DNA from: Azolla caroliniana
Lineage: Eukaryota > Plantae > Polypodiophyta
Assembly: GCA_043228905.1 (NCBI GenBank)
Contig: JBHGNT010000003.1
Span: 62,001 to 126,000, forward strand
Direction of reading: 5' to 3'
Length of the DNA: 64,000 nt
A program made the position numbers and the translations under genes. The notes beneath the pieces are model-generated. The model was not told the DNA's origin. It saw only the letters and a program-made list of their open reading frames with translations, and did no database searches. Shown one piece after another: positions 49,949-61,863 of this stretch. Numbering within the stretch: the first letter of the stretch is position 1; each line of letters starts with the position of its first letter.

Positions 49949-52710
49949 TTTCTGTGTTACCGTCGCTCTGATACCAAAATGTTGTACAACGGTGCTCGGC
50001 CACAACCGTGGAATAGGATTAACTCACAAAAAACAGGAAATACAAAAATGCACGAAGACAATAGAGAGAAGGGTACACTGGATATTTTACGTGGAAAACC
50101 CTAAATGGGAAAAACCACGGGAGTCCTCAAACTCCAACTAGCACTACAAACAGAGATGTACAATGGTGAAGGTACAAGGCAACAACCTTGACCTCACTAT
50201 CTTCGCCACAGGCGGCGGTAATACACAGAGGCAGCGACCTCTTCGTCTCTCTCTCTCTCTCTCTCTCTCTCGGCTGCTCTCTTCAATTGCCTCTAAGTGA
50301 AAACAGAAAAATATGAGCAACAACATAAAACTGTTTGCCCTAAGTCATATCTATACACATATGACTTTCGGGCTATTTACAAATATAGCCTCAAGGGCCC
50401 TTGGCAAACATATTCACAAATATGTCCCCGCATCCGGATCTCTCTCCGGGTACAATCGTCATCCGGCTCCGTAGCCGGGGTCTTCATCATCCGGCTCCGT
50501 AACCGGGGTCTTCATCATCCGGCTCCGTAGACGGGGTCTTCATCATTCGGGTCTTCATTCCTGATTCCCAGACATCCGACCATCCCATCCGGAGGGACCG
50601 TAATCCCAACATGAGTTTCCCTTTCTACTCGACATGGCTGAGGGGAACTTCGCCGACATGTTCAATGGTATGCGGAGTTTTGTCTCCCGTTTCAACCACT
50701 CCCTGCGATTCCGGTTTCTCCAAGTACGAGAACCATTCCTCGTGACTCGTCATATGATTGGATGCTCCGGAATCAACATACCACACCTCACTCGATTTCG
50801 AGGTGTTCACGGCCATAGAATTGGCCTTATGCTTCATTAAGAAGGCTAGGCCCAATTTGTATTCGGCTCGTTCAGAGCCTTCTACGTAGTGCGATCTCTG
50901 ACGCCTCTCTACGTCTCTTCGGCTCGATCCAGCTTTGTCCAGATCGTCTCGCTTTTTTCCAGCACTCGCTCTCCTTGTGTCCTTTCCTGCCACAGTACCA
51001 GCATTCTGACGCGGACTTCTCTTGCTAGCTTCCGGCAGCGTCATGACTTCCCCTGCTTGTGGAGGGTCTGGAACTGTTGTCGGCATTTCGATTATGCCGC
51101 TTGTTCTGCTCTTGTCGACCGCCTCCATTGCGCGCCGATTCGCCTTGTCCACCACGACCACGGGGCCTATCTTCCTCCGTGTACAACATCTTACCGTCGG
51201 CGTGCGTACTTGTCAAAGCACCCGTGTGACTTTCCTGCACGAGCAACATTGACCGAAGCTCGAAAAACGAAGGCGTATTCTCCCTCGTACAGATCGTCGT
51301 TCGGAAGGCTCCGAACCTGGATGCTAGCCCACCAAGGCAAACCTGCACCATTTCATCTTCCTCAACGTTCACGTTGACGGAGGCGAGAGAATCGCAAATT
51401 TCCTTGATTCGGGACGTGTAATCAGCCACAGAAAGATCTTTCTGTCGAACATTATTAAGCTTTTGCTTGAGTTGCAGCTTCTTGGCCGTTGTGCTTGCGG
51501 AGAAAATCTTTTTGACATTTGCCCACGCGTCCTTTGGCGTCTTAGCATCCCGAATATAGCTCAATAGTTGGTCGCTCACACAGGATGCAAAGCAATAGAG
51601 AACTCTGCTTGCCGCTTGTTCCCAAGCCAAAAAATCTCTGTGTGTCGAATCGGGTGCTACATCATTAGCTCCTTCGACATAACTCCAGTAGCCATGGCCA
51701 AACAGGTACTGGTGCATCTTGTACGACCAAGACGCATAGTTTCTCTTGTGAAGCTTCTCGGTCGGTAGTGAGCTTCCCATACCTTTGTCCATATTGTTGC
51801 TTCTTCTTCTTTTTTTCGAACAAAAACGAAGAACAACTTCAACTCTGTTTTGTCGCAAGCTTTTCTTGTCAGCTACAGAGGACTTCAACCCTCACGCTCT
51901 GATACCATGTAAAAGAATACGTTGTGCGAAAGCGTATGTGAAACACAGAGTAGCTACGGTTACGTTATGCGTACTGTTTCACACACCCAGTCTACGCACT
52001 AGGTTACGCACCCAATGTTGAGCTTATCGCTCAACATATTCCCTATGCATCGGTTGTAGGAAGTATCTGTTAGGAATTGACGCTTTCGAAACCTTCACCT
52101 CTCGGCCACAACCGAGGAAACACGGATCAATGCAGCAGTAAATCGAAAACACAGAGAGAGACTCGAATGCACAGGGTTTAGCGTGGAAAACCCTAGACGG
52201 GAAAAACCACGGGAGTGTAAGACTCCAACGATCACTATACGCAGGGAATGTACAATGGCGAGCTGCAAGGCGACGACCTTGAGCTCGCTGTCCTCGCCAC
52301 AGGCGGCGGTATTACACAGAGGCGTCGACCTCTTCCTTTCTCTCTCTCTCTCTCACTCTCTCTCTCGGTTGTTCTCACTTCGCTCCCTCTAAGTGGAAAA
52401 CAGAAAAATGAGCAACAACAACAAAACTGTTTGCCCTAAGTCATATTTATACACATATGACTTTCGGGCTATTTACAAATATAGCCTCAAGGGCCCTTGG
52501 CAAACATATTCACAAATATGTCCCCGCATCCGGATCTCTCTCCGGGTACATTCGTCATCCGGCTCCGTAGCCGGGGTCTTCATCATCCGGATCCGGAACC
52601 GGGTCTTCATCATCCGGCTCCGATACCGGGTACTCCTCATTCGGATCTTCATTCCCGATTCCCGGACATCCGACCATCCCATCCGGAGGGACCGTAATCC
52701 CAACAAACTC

Positions 52711-54852
52711 CCCCTTCACTTCGGCCTGGGATGTCTTTCCAGTCCGACCCTCTTCCGGCACACTTCCAGCTTGTCGGGTGTGAGCACTTTGGTCAGCATG
52801 TCTGACCCGTTCTCGTCCGTGTGGATCTTCGTCAGCACGAACTCCTGGTCTTCTATCCTTTCCCGGATCCATTGATATCTTCGCTGGATGTGCTTCGTCC
52901 GGGAGTGATAGGCCGCGTTCTTCGCAAGGTGAATGGCACTCTAACTGTCGCAATAGAGTCGGTACTCCTCCTGCCGGATACCGAGCTCTCTAATGAAGTC
53001 CTTCATCCATATCATTTCCTTGTCGGCTTCAACAGCCGCCATGTACTTCGCCTCCGTGGTTGACAATGCAACCGTCTTCTGCAGCCTCGACTGAAACGAA
53101 ACAGCTCCCCCTGCATACGTCATCACATACCCTGATGTGGACCGGCTGGTATCTGCATCAGCCGACATATCCGAATCGGTAAAGCCGTCGAGTTCGGGCT
53201 TACCGGAGCCGAATCGGAGGCACACGTTTGCCGTGCCCTTCAGGTATCGGAGTATCCACTTGGCCGCGTTCCAGTGCTCTTTGCCGGGATTGCTCATGTA
53301 CCGGCTCACCACTCCGACTGCATATCCTATGTCCAGTCTTGTACACACCATTGCGTACATCAAGCTTCCGACGGTAGAGGCATATGGTACTTTCATCATG
53401 TCCTCCTTCTCACCCTTTGTCTTGGGGCTTTGCTTGCTGGACAACTTGCAGTTTGCCGGGAGGGTTGACCCGACCGGTCTTGCTTCCGACATGTTGAACC
53501 CGTGAAGCACCTTTGTCACGTACTTCTCCTGTGACAGCCACAACTGCTTCTTCTTCCGGTCCCGGATGATGTGCATCCCTAGTATTTGCCTCGCCGGACC
53601 CAGGTCCTTCATTGAGAAAGTTCGGTGAAGCGCTTTCTTCAGCATCCGTATCTTGACCTGGTCCCTTCCGACGATCAACATGTCGTCCACGTACAGGAGG
53701 AGTATTAGAAAGTCTCCTCCTTCGAACTTCTTCACAAACACGCAGTGATCGGACTGCGTTTTGTGGTACCCTTCGTCTGTCATGAAAGAGTCGAACTTCC
53801 GGTACCATTGCCGGGGAGCCTGCTTCAGTCCGTAAAGGCTCTTCTTCAACCGGCATACCAGGTGCTCCTTCCCTTTCTTCTCGAATCCTTCCGGTTGCTG
53901 CATGTAGATCTCTTCTTCGAGGTAACCGTGAAGGAATGTCGTCTTCACGTCCATCTGTTCTACCTCGAGGTCCATGCTTGCCGCTATGCTCAGCACCGTC
54001 CGGATGGAGGTCATCTTCACTACCGGGGCAAATATCTCGTCGAAGTCGACGCCCTTCTTCTGTTGGAACCCCTTCACCACGATCCTGGCTTTGTATCTCG
54101 GGGGGTTTCCGGCATCTCCCGGTTTCAGCTTGAACACCCACTTGTTTCGAAGTGCCCGCTTTCCTTTCTGCAACTCCACAAGTTCATATGTGTGGTTCTC
54201 ATGCAGGGAATCCATCTCCTCCTGCATGGCACTTAACCACCTGCGGCTATGGGTGTCAAGCTTTGCTTCTTCAAAACTCTCCGGCTCCCCCTCGTCGGTT
54301 AGCAGCACGTGCTCTGGTTCCGGAAATCTCCGGGGGGCCCTTCTCTCTCTTAGAGGATATCTCCGTTCCGGAGCTTCGGTAACCGGCTCCTCCGTTTCTT
54401 CTTCATCCGAATCCATTTCGGGATCGGGGCCGGTTCCGGTATCAGTTTCATCTTCCTCGGCCGGTTCTGTTTCTTCACCGTCTTCGGCCGGATCCTCGAG
54501 TGCTAACCGGTCCCTTGCCGGTCGGGACTGCTCCTCGTAGAGTTGATCCTCACCGGTCGACTTAGAGCTCTTCATCTTCTTCTCCGACTCCCAGTCGGCG
54601 AGTGTCTTGTCCTCCATGAAGATGATATCACGACTCCGGAATAACTTTTTTGTCGACCGGGTCCCATACTCGGTAGCCGAACTCGTCATCGCCGTAACCG
54701 AGGAATATGCATGGCCGGGTCTTTGGATCTAGCTTTCCTCTCCGGTCCTTTGCCACATGCACATATGCAAGACACCCGAACACCTTCAGATGCCGGTAGG
54801 ATACTTCCCTACCGGTCCACACTCTCTGCGGCGTGTCTCCGTCCAAAGGTAC
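52711..54852 (-). pseudogene. pol: Copia-D INT C-terminus, RT and RNase H; frameshift near 54650 and TAG at 52941-52943
   Basis: ORFs 54628-54846 and 52941-54689; YVDD; CDS*SAIH. Confidence 0.9.
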
Positions 54853-56790
54853 TCAGGGTGATCTGTTTATCACGTATGTCGCCGTCGACATTGCCTCAGC
54901 CCAAAACCCCTTGGGTAATTTCGCATGCGCCAGCATACTCCGGACCCTCTCCATTATGGTCCGGTTCATCCTCTCGGCCAGCCCGTTCAATTTCGGCGTC
55001 TTCGGCACAGTAAACTCGAGCCGGATTCCCTTCGAGCGACAGTACTCCTCGAACTGCCCCCGGTATTCCCCTCCGTTATCCGCTCGTATCGCTTTCAGCT
55101 TCTTGCGGGATTCCCTTTCCACTCTCGCGTGGAGTTCTTTGAAGACGCACAACACTTGGTCCTTTGTCTTCAATGGTGCCGTCCACAGCTTCCGGCTGTG
55201 GTCATCAATGAATGTCACGAAGTACTGGGCTCCGCCATGTGACTTCGTTCCTACTTGACACACGTCAGTGTGCACCAACTCCAATGGTGCGCTACGTCTC
55301 GTCGGTGGCCTTGAGTGGAAGGAGGTTCGGTTCTGCTTACCGGCCAGGCAATCGGTGCACTTCTCCAGGTGCACGTGCTTCACTGGAATAAGGTTGTCTT
55401 CTGCAAGCCTCTTCATCCCCTTCTCACTCATGTGGCACAGTCTCTTGTGCCACAGCTCACCGGCAGTGTCGGCTGCCACGTTCAACTCTTCCGGACACAA
55501 CCAGGCATTCATAAGGTACAGTGTGTTGACTTTCCGGGCCCGAGCCACTATCAGGCTCCCCTTGCTGAACTTCATTACGCAGTTCCGGATGCTACCTGTG
55601 TAGCCTTCATCGTCTAGCCTCCCGGCCGAAATCAGGTTCAATCGAACCTCCAGAACGTGTCGGACATCCTTCAGCAACATTTTGCATCCGATCGAGGTTG
55701 TCAACCACACGTCTCCTATGCCGGCAATCCGGCACGTACCTTCATTTCCCATCCGAACACAGCCATGCTCACCGGCTGTGTAGGATGAGAAGTATCTTCT
55801 TTCCGGGGTCAGGTGGAACGACGCTCCGGAATCGACCACCCAGGTAGTCTCATCGCCGGCAATGTTTAGTTCACCTTCTTCGGTGATGAGCATGATCTCC
55901 TCTTCACTTGCCGCGAGTGTCGTCGTTCCTTTCGGGTCCTGCCCTCGCCGATCCGAACCATTCCGGTCCGTGGCTCCCCGGTAAGCACCGTTCCGTTCCG
56001 AAGACTTCTTCGAATCGGTGTCGTCGGCTCCGTTGTCTTTTCGGTAATGCCGACAATTCTTTCGGAAGTGCCCCGGCTTCCCACAGTGGAAGCATGTGGG
56101 CCTTCCTCTTGACTGCGACCGGGTCCCCGACTTCTCCCGTCTTTGCGGACTCCGGTTCCGTTGTCTTCCCCGATCCGATTCGGTAAGCAGCATCTTCGGA
56201 TCGGAGGCCGGTTCTTTATCTCTCCGACGCGCTTCTTCGTTCAAAATGCTTGTCTTTACCATTTGTAGGGACAAGTTATCTTCGGTGCAGGAGGTGCTGA
56301 GAGTCACCACCAAGTTCTCCCAGCTTTCCGGCAATGTACACATCAGCATGATGGCTTGCATTGCATCCTCCAACGGGAACTTGATCGCCGCAAGCTGGTT
56401 CATGAATCCCATGAACGTGCTTACGTGTTCCACCATACTCTCGCCGTCCCGGTACTTGAGGTTCACTATCTTCCTCATCAGGGAGGTCCGGTTCAACGCA
56501 TTCTTCCTCTCGTAGAGGCCCGACAGCTTCTGCCACATCTCATATGCGTTGGTGTCGTTCGCCACATGTTGTAGAACGCTCACGTCGACGTATTGCCGAA
56601 TGGTTGCAACGGCTTTCCGGTTCAGAAGCCTCCATTCCGTCTCAAGTACCCCCTTGGGTATTTCCGACCTGTCGATCGGTTCATACAGGTCCCGAACAAT
56701 GAGCAGATCCTCCATCTTTATCTTCCAGTCGGCGTAGTTCTGCGCATTCAGCACCATCATCCCCGGCTGCCCGCTGCTGCCGCCTTCCAT
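54853..56790 (-). CDS. gag-pol: Copia-D gag-protease-integrase ORF ending at the same premature TGA
   Basis: Close paralogue of 48011-49948; stop after INRSP. Confidence 0.85.
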   Translation of the reverse strand: MEGGSSGQPGMMVLNAQNYADWKIKMEDLLIVRDLYEPIDRSEIPKGVLETEWRLLNRKAVATIRQYVDVSVLQHVANDTNAYEMWQKLSGLYERKNALNRTSLMRKIVNLKYRDGESMVEHVSTFMGFMNQLAAIKFPLEDAMQAIMLMCTLPESWENLVVTLSTSCTEDNLSLQMVKTSILNEEARRRDKEPASDPKMLLTESDRGRQRNRSPQRREKSGTRSQSRGRPTCFHCGKPGHFRKNCRHYRKDNGADDTDSKKSSERNGAYRGATDRNGSDRRGQDPKGTTTLAASEEEIMLITEEGELNIAGDETTWVVDSGASFHLTPERRYFSSYTAGEHGCVRMGNEGTCRIAGIGDVWLTTSIGCKMLLKDVRHVLEVRLNLISAGRLDDEGYTGSIRNCVMKFSKGSLIVARARKVNTLYLMNAWLCPEELNVAADTAGELWHKRLCHMSEKGMKRLAEDNLIPVKHVHLEKCTDCLAGKQNRTSFHSRPPTRRSAPLELVHTDVCQVGTKSHGGAQYFVTFIDDHSRKLWTAPLKTKDQVLCVFKELHARVERESRKKLKAIRADNGGEYRGQFEEYCRSKGIRLEFTVPKTPKLNGLAERMNRTIMERVRSMLAHAKLPKGFWAEAMSTATYVINRSP

Positions 56791-58632
56791 TTTCTGCACT
56801 GCAGTTGCTCTGATACCAGATTGTTAGGAATTGACGCTTTCGAAACCTTCACCTCTCGGCCACAACCGAGGAAACACGGATCAATGCAGCAGTAAATCGA
56901 AAACACAGAGAGAGACTCGAATGCACAGGGTTTAGCGTGGAAAACCCTAGACGGGAAAAACCACGGGAGTGTAAGACTCCAACGATCACTATACGCAGGG
57001 AATGTACAATGGCGAGCTGCAAGGCGACGACCTTGAGCTCGCTGTCCTCGCCACAGGCGGCGGTATTACACAGAGGCGTCGACCTCTTCCTTTCTCTCTC
57101 TCTCTCTCACTCTCTCTCTCGGCTGTTCTCACTTCGCTCCCTCTAAGTGGAAAACAGAAAAATGAGCAACAACAACAAAACTGTTTGCCCTAAGTCATAT
57201 TTATACACATATGACTTTCGGGCTATTTACAAATATAGCCTCAAGGGCCCTTGGCAAACATATTCACAAATATGTACCCGCATCCGGATCTCTCTCCGGG
57301 TAAATTCGTCATCCGGCTCCGTAGCCGGGGTCTTCATCATCCGGATCCGGAACCGGGTCTTCATCATCCGGCTCCGATACCGGGTACTCCTCATTCGGAT
57401 CTTCATTCCCGATTCCCGGACATCCGACCATCCCATCCGGAGGGACCGTAATCGCAACAGTATCATGTACGCAATGGTGGCGACCCGACCCGACCCGACC
57501 TAGCCTATCTTGTAGGGGTGGTCAGCCGGTACATGTCAAACCTACGATGGAAGCATTGGGAGGCCGTCAAGCACATCTTTAGGTACCTAATAGGAACCAA
57601 AGATACATATATGACTTTTAGTTTGACAACCTCAGCCGAAGTCGAAGGCTACACTGACTCCGACTATGCCGGAAATACGAACAATCGGAAGTCAACATCA
57701 TTCTATATTTTCACCTATGGTGGCGGTGCGATGTCATGGAGGTCGAAGCTTCAAGAGTACACGGTTCTGTCGACCACAGAGGCCAAGTACATAACAACAT
57801 TACAGGCAGCGAAGGAAGAGATCTGGCTGCACCGACTGTCTACCAACTTCTCATCTACAAGCCGAATCGACCAACTAGCGCCGACCATCTATTGCGACTC
57901 ACGGAGCACAATTCACATCATTAAAAATCTCGTCTATCATGCAAAGATGAAGCAAATTGAGGTACGGTATCATCACATCTGGGAGCTCATAACTTAGAAG
58001 AGGCTTGAAGTCCGGAAGATCGACACCAAGGTGATCATCATTGATTTCCTGACAAAGCCACTCCTAGATCAACACTTCGGAGCACTAAGGACAAATATGG
58101 GACTACGACAAGCGACCGAGCAGAAGAAAGCCGAACGAGGAGCAGAAGGTAAGAGTCGATCGAATCAATCATGATAATGAGCCATGCTAGGCTTGACACT
58201 GACCTCACCTATGCCGACCAACTTGTCATATAAATTCAGATTACTGTTGTAATCTAGGTTTACGGGGGAGATGACCCCAAACACATGAACATGTAGGAAA
58301 GAGTAGTCCTTTTATGGGGGAGTTTGTTGGCATAAAAGGCCGACTCCTTCCACTTTGTATCCTAGTGTGAACTCGTCCATATAATTAGGGCTTAGTATAT
58401 AAGCGATAACCTAATGTTGTAAAGAAGAGACTCTTGATCATCTTGTACATTGAGTTTTATTGAGACAAAAAGAGAACGTAACAGAGCATCCATTAAAGCT
58501 GAAATTGTGTCTACTTTCTGTCCTATTCTTTTTTGTTGTTTGTCTAGTACGAATCTACAGGTTCTCACATAAGTTTCCACATACATATCCACGCCAGTAG
58601 GGTTCTCCGAGAATTACTGGATGCGATAATGT

Positions 58633-61600
58633 TGTCGTGAGGATTTTCGGCTATGGTGAGACTATCGCTTGGGACAAATAAAACGGGGATGTGCAACATT
58701 GCACATGCACTTAGTAAATATAAATGAGAATAAGAAAACAAGTGTATAGGGAAGGGTGAAATGTAAGGTGCTAAGGTACACCACAAAGTTCATGATGTGT
58801 AAATGTGATGTGTGCTTAGGTGCACATGCACATGTACACTAAGGGGAGTGCATGGGAGTAAGGGTGTAATAAGTAGACGGCATGGTGGTGTGTGTGAAAA
58901 TGAGAGGAGAGGGAGTTAACGCCCCATCAGTCTCTCCTCCTAAGATCAAGGCAAATATTATTCTTCGAAAAGAGAGGTGTATTTGGCCCCTCCCTTTTGT
59001 AATAAGCCTCACCCTTTTCCACTATAAAAAGGGGTGACGGGTCGCCATTTTGTTGTTTCGAGGTAGACCATTAGGGTTTTATTTCTTCTTCATCTTATCC
59101 CTATTTCGTTTTAGGATTTTTGTTTTGTCATCATGGTAGTAGTTAGGAAGGTTTAGGGTTTCCTTATCTCTCTTTCTTTCTTCTTTCTCTTTAGTCATTG
59201 TCCTTTCTTTTAGTTGTGCTAGAGTCTGACCTAAATGGTCACGGTTGTAATCATTTAGTGGCATCATGCCTTATAATGGAATTAGCTTCATGAACCTTGT
59301 CTCCATTTATTTCTCTACCGTATTAATCTCTTATTCTTTCTCCTACCCTTTTGAGCTCAAAGGTCGTAAGGGATAAGCTTTCATTTCCCCTCTACTCCCT
59401 AGTCCTGCCTTATCCGACATGCACGCGTGGATTTCCGCGACATCTTTGATGAACCCGACATGAAGGGTTGCAAGGAAGGACGCGGATGGAAGAGGAGGAC
59501 TTCACGGAAGTAATGGCGAGGATAGTGATGGATTTCGTAAGGAAAAAAGAAAGACGAGAGGTGGCTCAACAAGGTGTTGAGAGCGTGGTCGCACGAGTCG
59601 GTCGTTTCAACGAGGATGAGGTCCCAAATTTTTGGAGAGCCTACAATGCCGAGATAATGAAGTGGGGCATGTGCGAAGCAACAAGGCTAGAGTATTTTTT
59701 CCAAGTGGCGGTTGTATCGATAGACAAAGAGGTCAAAGATCTTTGAGAAGCTCATGAGTCGTGGGAGTCCTTTGAGGAAGCTCTATCTTAGGCATGCGGG
59801 TGTGAGAGACCGAAGGGGTGAGGTCAGTGCGAGTTCGACGAATGGGTAGCATAAGCGAAGTCCCACCAAAGCGCAATGCAAGCCTTCTTAGAGTTCGAAT
59901 GTCGTTTTGCTCAACTCTTGCAGCCGGATCGAAGATTGGTGGGGGTGGATAAGGTCCTATTATTTTTTAAGTCAGTCGATCGAAAAGAAAGGATGGTCAT
60001 TTTACTTGAACTCGAAGATGATGACAGAGCAAACGGCCTTATAGAGGACTGGACTGAAGTAGAGAGGGTATACCGGCGACATGGACGAGGACATTATCGG
60101 CCACAATAGGGCCCACGAGCGGCGGTCAAAAGAGCATGGCAAGTGACGATGCACTACCACCGAAGGATAAGAGCTCATCGCGGAAGGGTCCGGTGGTGCT
60201 TGACATAGAAGCATTGATAAGGGAAGCATACGAGATCATGAAGATGCGGGTCGAAGCTGAAGAAGGGTCTACTCTAGAGTCAAGCCCAAGAGGACCGGAT
60301 GACGAGGAGGAAGTCGCCTCCTTGGGGACGAAGGACAAGGCCTATGCAAAGGCCGAATAACGGTACCACGATACCACGGGAGAGGGTGTGGAGCAAGCCA
60401 CTCTCTCGACCGAGGATAAGGTCGGAGTCGGGGAGGCGACGATTGCCATCTTGGAAGAGGACTGATGGTTTCAGGCACAACACCCTGAAAGATAGATAGA
60501 TAGATTATATTATCGTCTTCGGAGGTCAAATATGACCTATCAGACCAAAAATATTACATTTCAAGTGATAAGTGTGAAGGTGAGTAGCAACTCTCGATGT
60601 TCAAGAACTTTACCAATGAATGTTGCAATCGAGAGTGCACATCATGGTTGTGAGAGAAATTCGTGCAAGGATTGGGCTCGATCAAAGAGATGTGGAAAGC
60701 ATGGTCGAATATGATCAAAGGCAGAGCATTGTATCAAAGTGTGATACTCAAACTCTCGAACTTGTTTAGGGCAAAGTGTGCATAGTCAGAGCAAGCAAGC
60801 ATATTCGAAGCTTGAACGATCGGGGACGAGGGAGAGGAGATAGCCACGGACAATGACGTCCAACCGGAGGTGGCTATGGACGGTTTGTCGATGAGCGACG
60901 GTGCCGAGACATTCCCCACATCTATTCTTGAGACTTTGGCGGTTGTGCCCGAGAGCCAACGTGAGACCGGAGGTACGGAAGGTGGCGGCGGGAAAGTGGT
61001 GGGCCGAGACGGCGACAAGGATAATAAGGTAATTGGTAGTGGACGAAGACTAGATCCCTCAACATCAGTTCCGGAGACTTCGGCGGTTGTGCCTGAGTGC
61101 CAACATGAGACCGGAGAGAAGGGAGGTGGCTTGCGAGGAGATGTGGCCTGAGGCCAACATAAATGTAGGGAAGGAGATGGCCGACAAGGAGGCCAAAGGA
61201 AAAGTCGTGGTAGAGTTCGATGGAGAGGCGGGAAACTGCAAAGGAGGAGTCGTGAACCGATCGGGTTGAAAGACAATTCGGTCAGTACTCCAAGTTACTC
61301 GGACGGAACACGATCCGACCGGTGTTCCATCCCGAAGGGAGCCGATTGGCCGAGCCCGACCTGAAAGAGGTCTGACTAGTTTGAAACCGCTCGAGCGAGC
61401 CCAACCCGAAAGAAGGCCAACTCGGTCAAAATCAATCAACCGAACCCGATTCGCCCGAAGGTGAATGCAGACGAAGGCGGGCTGAGCCAAGAACCGATCG
61501 GCCGAGATCGACACGGACAAGGGCTAAGCCGGCCTAATCGGAGATCGAGGCGAACGAGCCATAATACCCGGTTGAAGCCAGTAAGCACGAGGAGGGGTCC

Positions 61601-61863
61601 AAGCGGGCACGATGACTACGAATTGGAGGAAGACCAAGAATGAGAGGAACCCTCCACATCAATCCTTCAGACTTAGCAGTTACAAATCTACATAGGACCG
61701 AAGAGACGGAGGGTGGCGGCGAGGAGTCGGAGGCCGAAGTGTACAAGGGTGGCGAAGGACGTGACCAGAGCACCACGATGAGCTACGAGGGCCAAGTGGG
61801 CCGAGCGGATTCGAGAGGTGTTCGTTAGGACAACAAGACAACAACGACGGAGGCGACAGAGGA
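58633..61863 (+). mobile_element. Trp-PBS Gypsy derivative: LTR, gag and acidic repetitive region, no pol seen
   Basis: LTR 58633-59442 (TGTCGTG...CGCGACA), PBS TGATGAACCCGACATGA 59447-59463, gag 59486-60109 (VGRFNEDEVPNFWRAYNAEI; EFECRFAQL), repeats ETLAVVPESQRET. Confidence 0.85.

Larger units (their letters stand above)
45235..50611 (-). mobile_element. Copia-C, young full-length element
   Basis: LTRs 45235-45864 and 49980-50611 (about 6 substitutions plus a CT indel by eye), perfect TSD TGAGT, iMet PBS ending 49976, PPT at 45867-45877. Confidence 0.97.
33802..52036 (-). mobile_element. Copia-B, decayed, carrying nested insertions
   Basis: LTRs 33802-34206 and 51908-52036 (internally deleted), iMet PBS 51896-51907, PPT 34207-34219, TSD GATTC/TATTC; gag 51025-51792, PR WYVDSGASNHM, INT 43982-45230, RT/RH 34750-36129. 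Confidence 0.92.
52068..57459 (-). mobile_element. Copia-D, young full-length element
   Basis: LTRs 52068-52705 and 56822-57459 (about 4 substitutions by eye), perfect TSD GTATC, iMet PBS ending 56818, PPT after 52705. Confidence 0.97.
33596..58569 (+). mobile_element. Copia-E, oldest host of the nest; RT/RH split into 33596-33801, 52037-52067 and 57460-58324, 3' LTR ~58325-58569
   Basis: Joined pieces read RHILGMRI..LSQSDYIRKVLRRFNM..GKI|PYASVVGSI|MYAMVATRPD..GYTDSDYAG..RKST; PPT ATGGGGGAG before TGTTGG at 58325. LTR right end approximate. Confidence 0.85.

Noticed and set aside
46152-56895. Many plus-strand ORFs of 100-190 aa repeated twice
   Set aside because: Antisense shadows of the Copia-C/D gag-pol.
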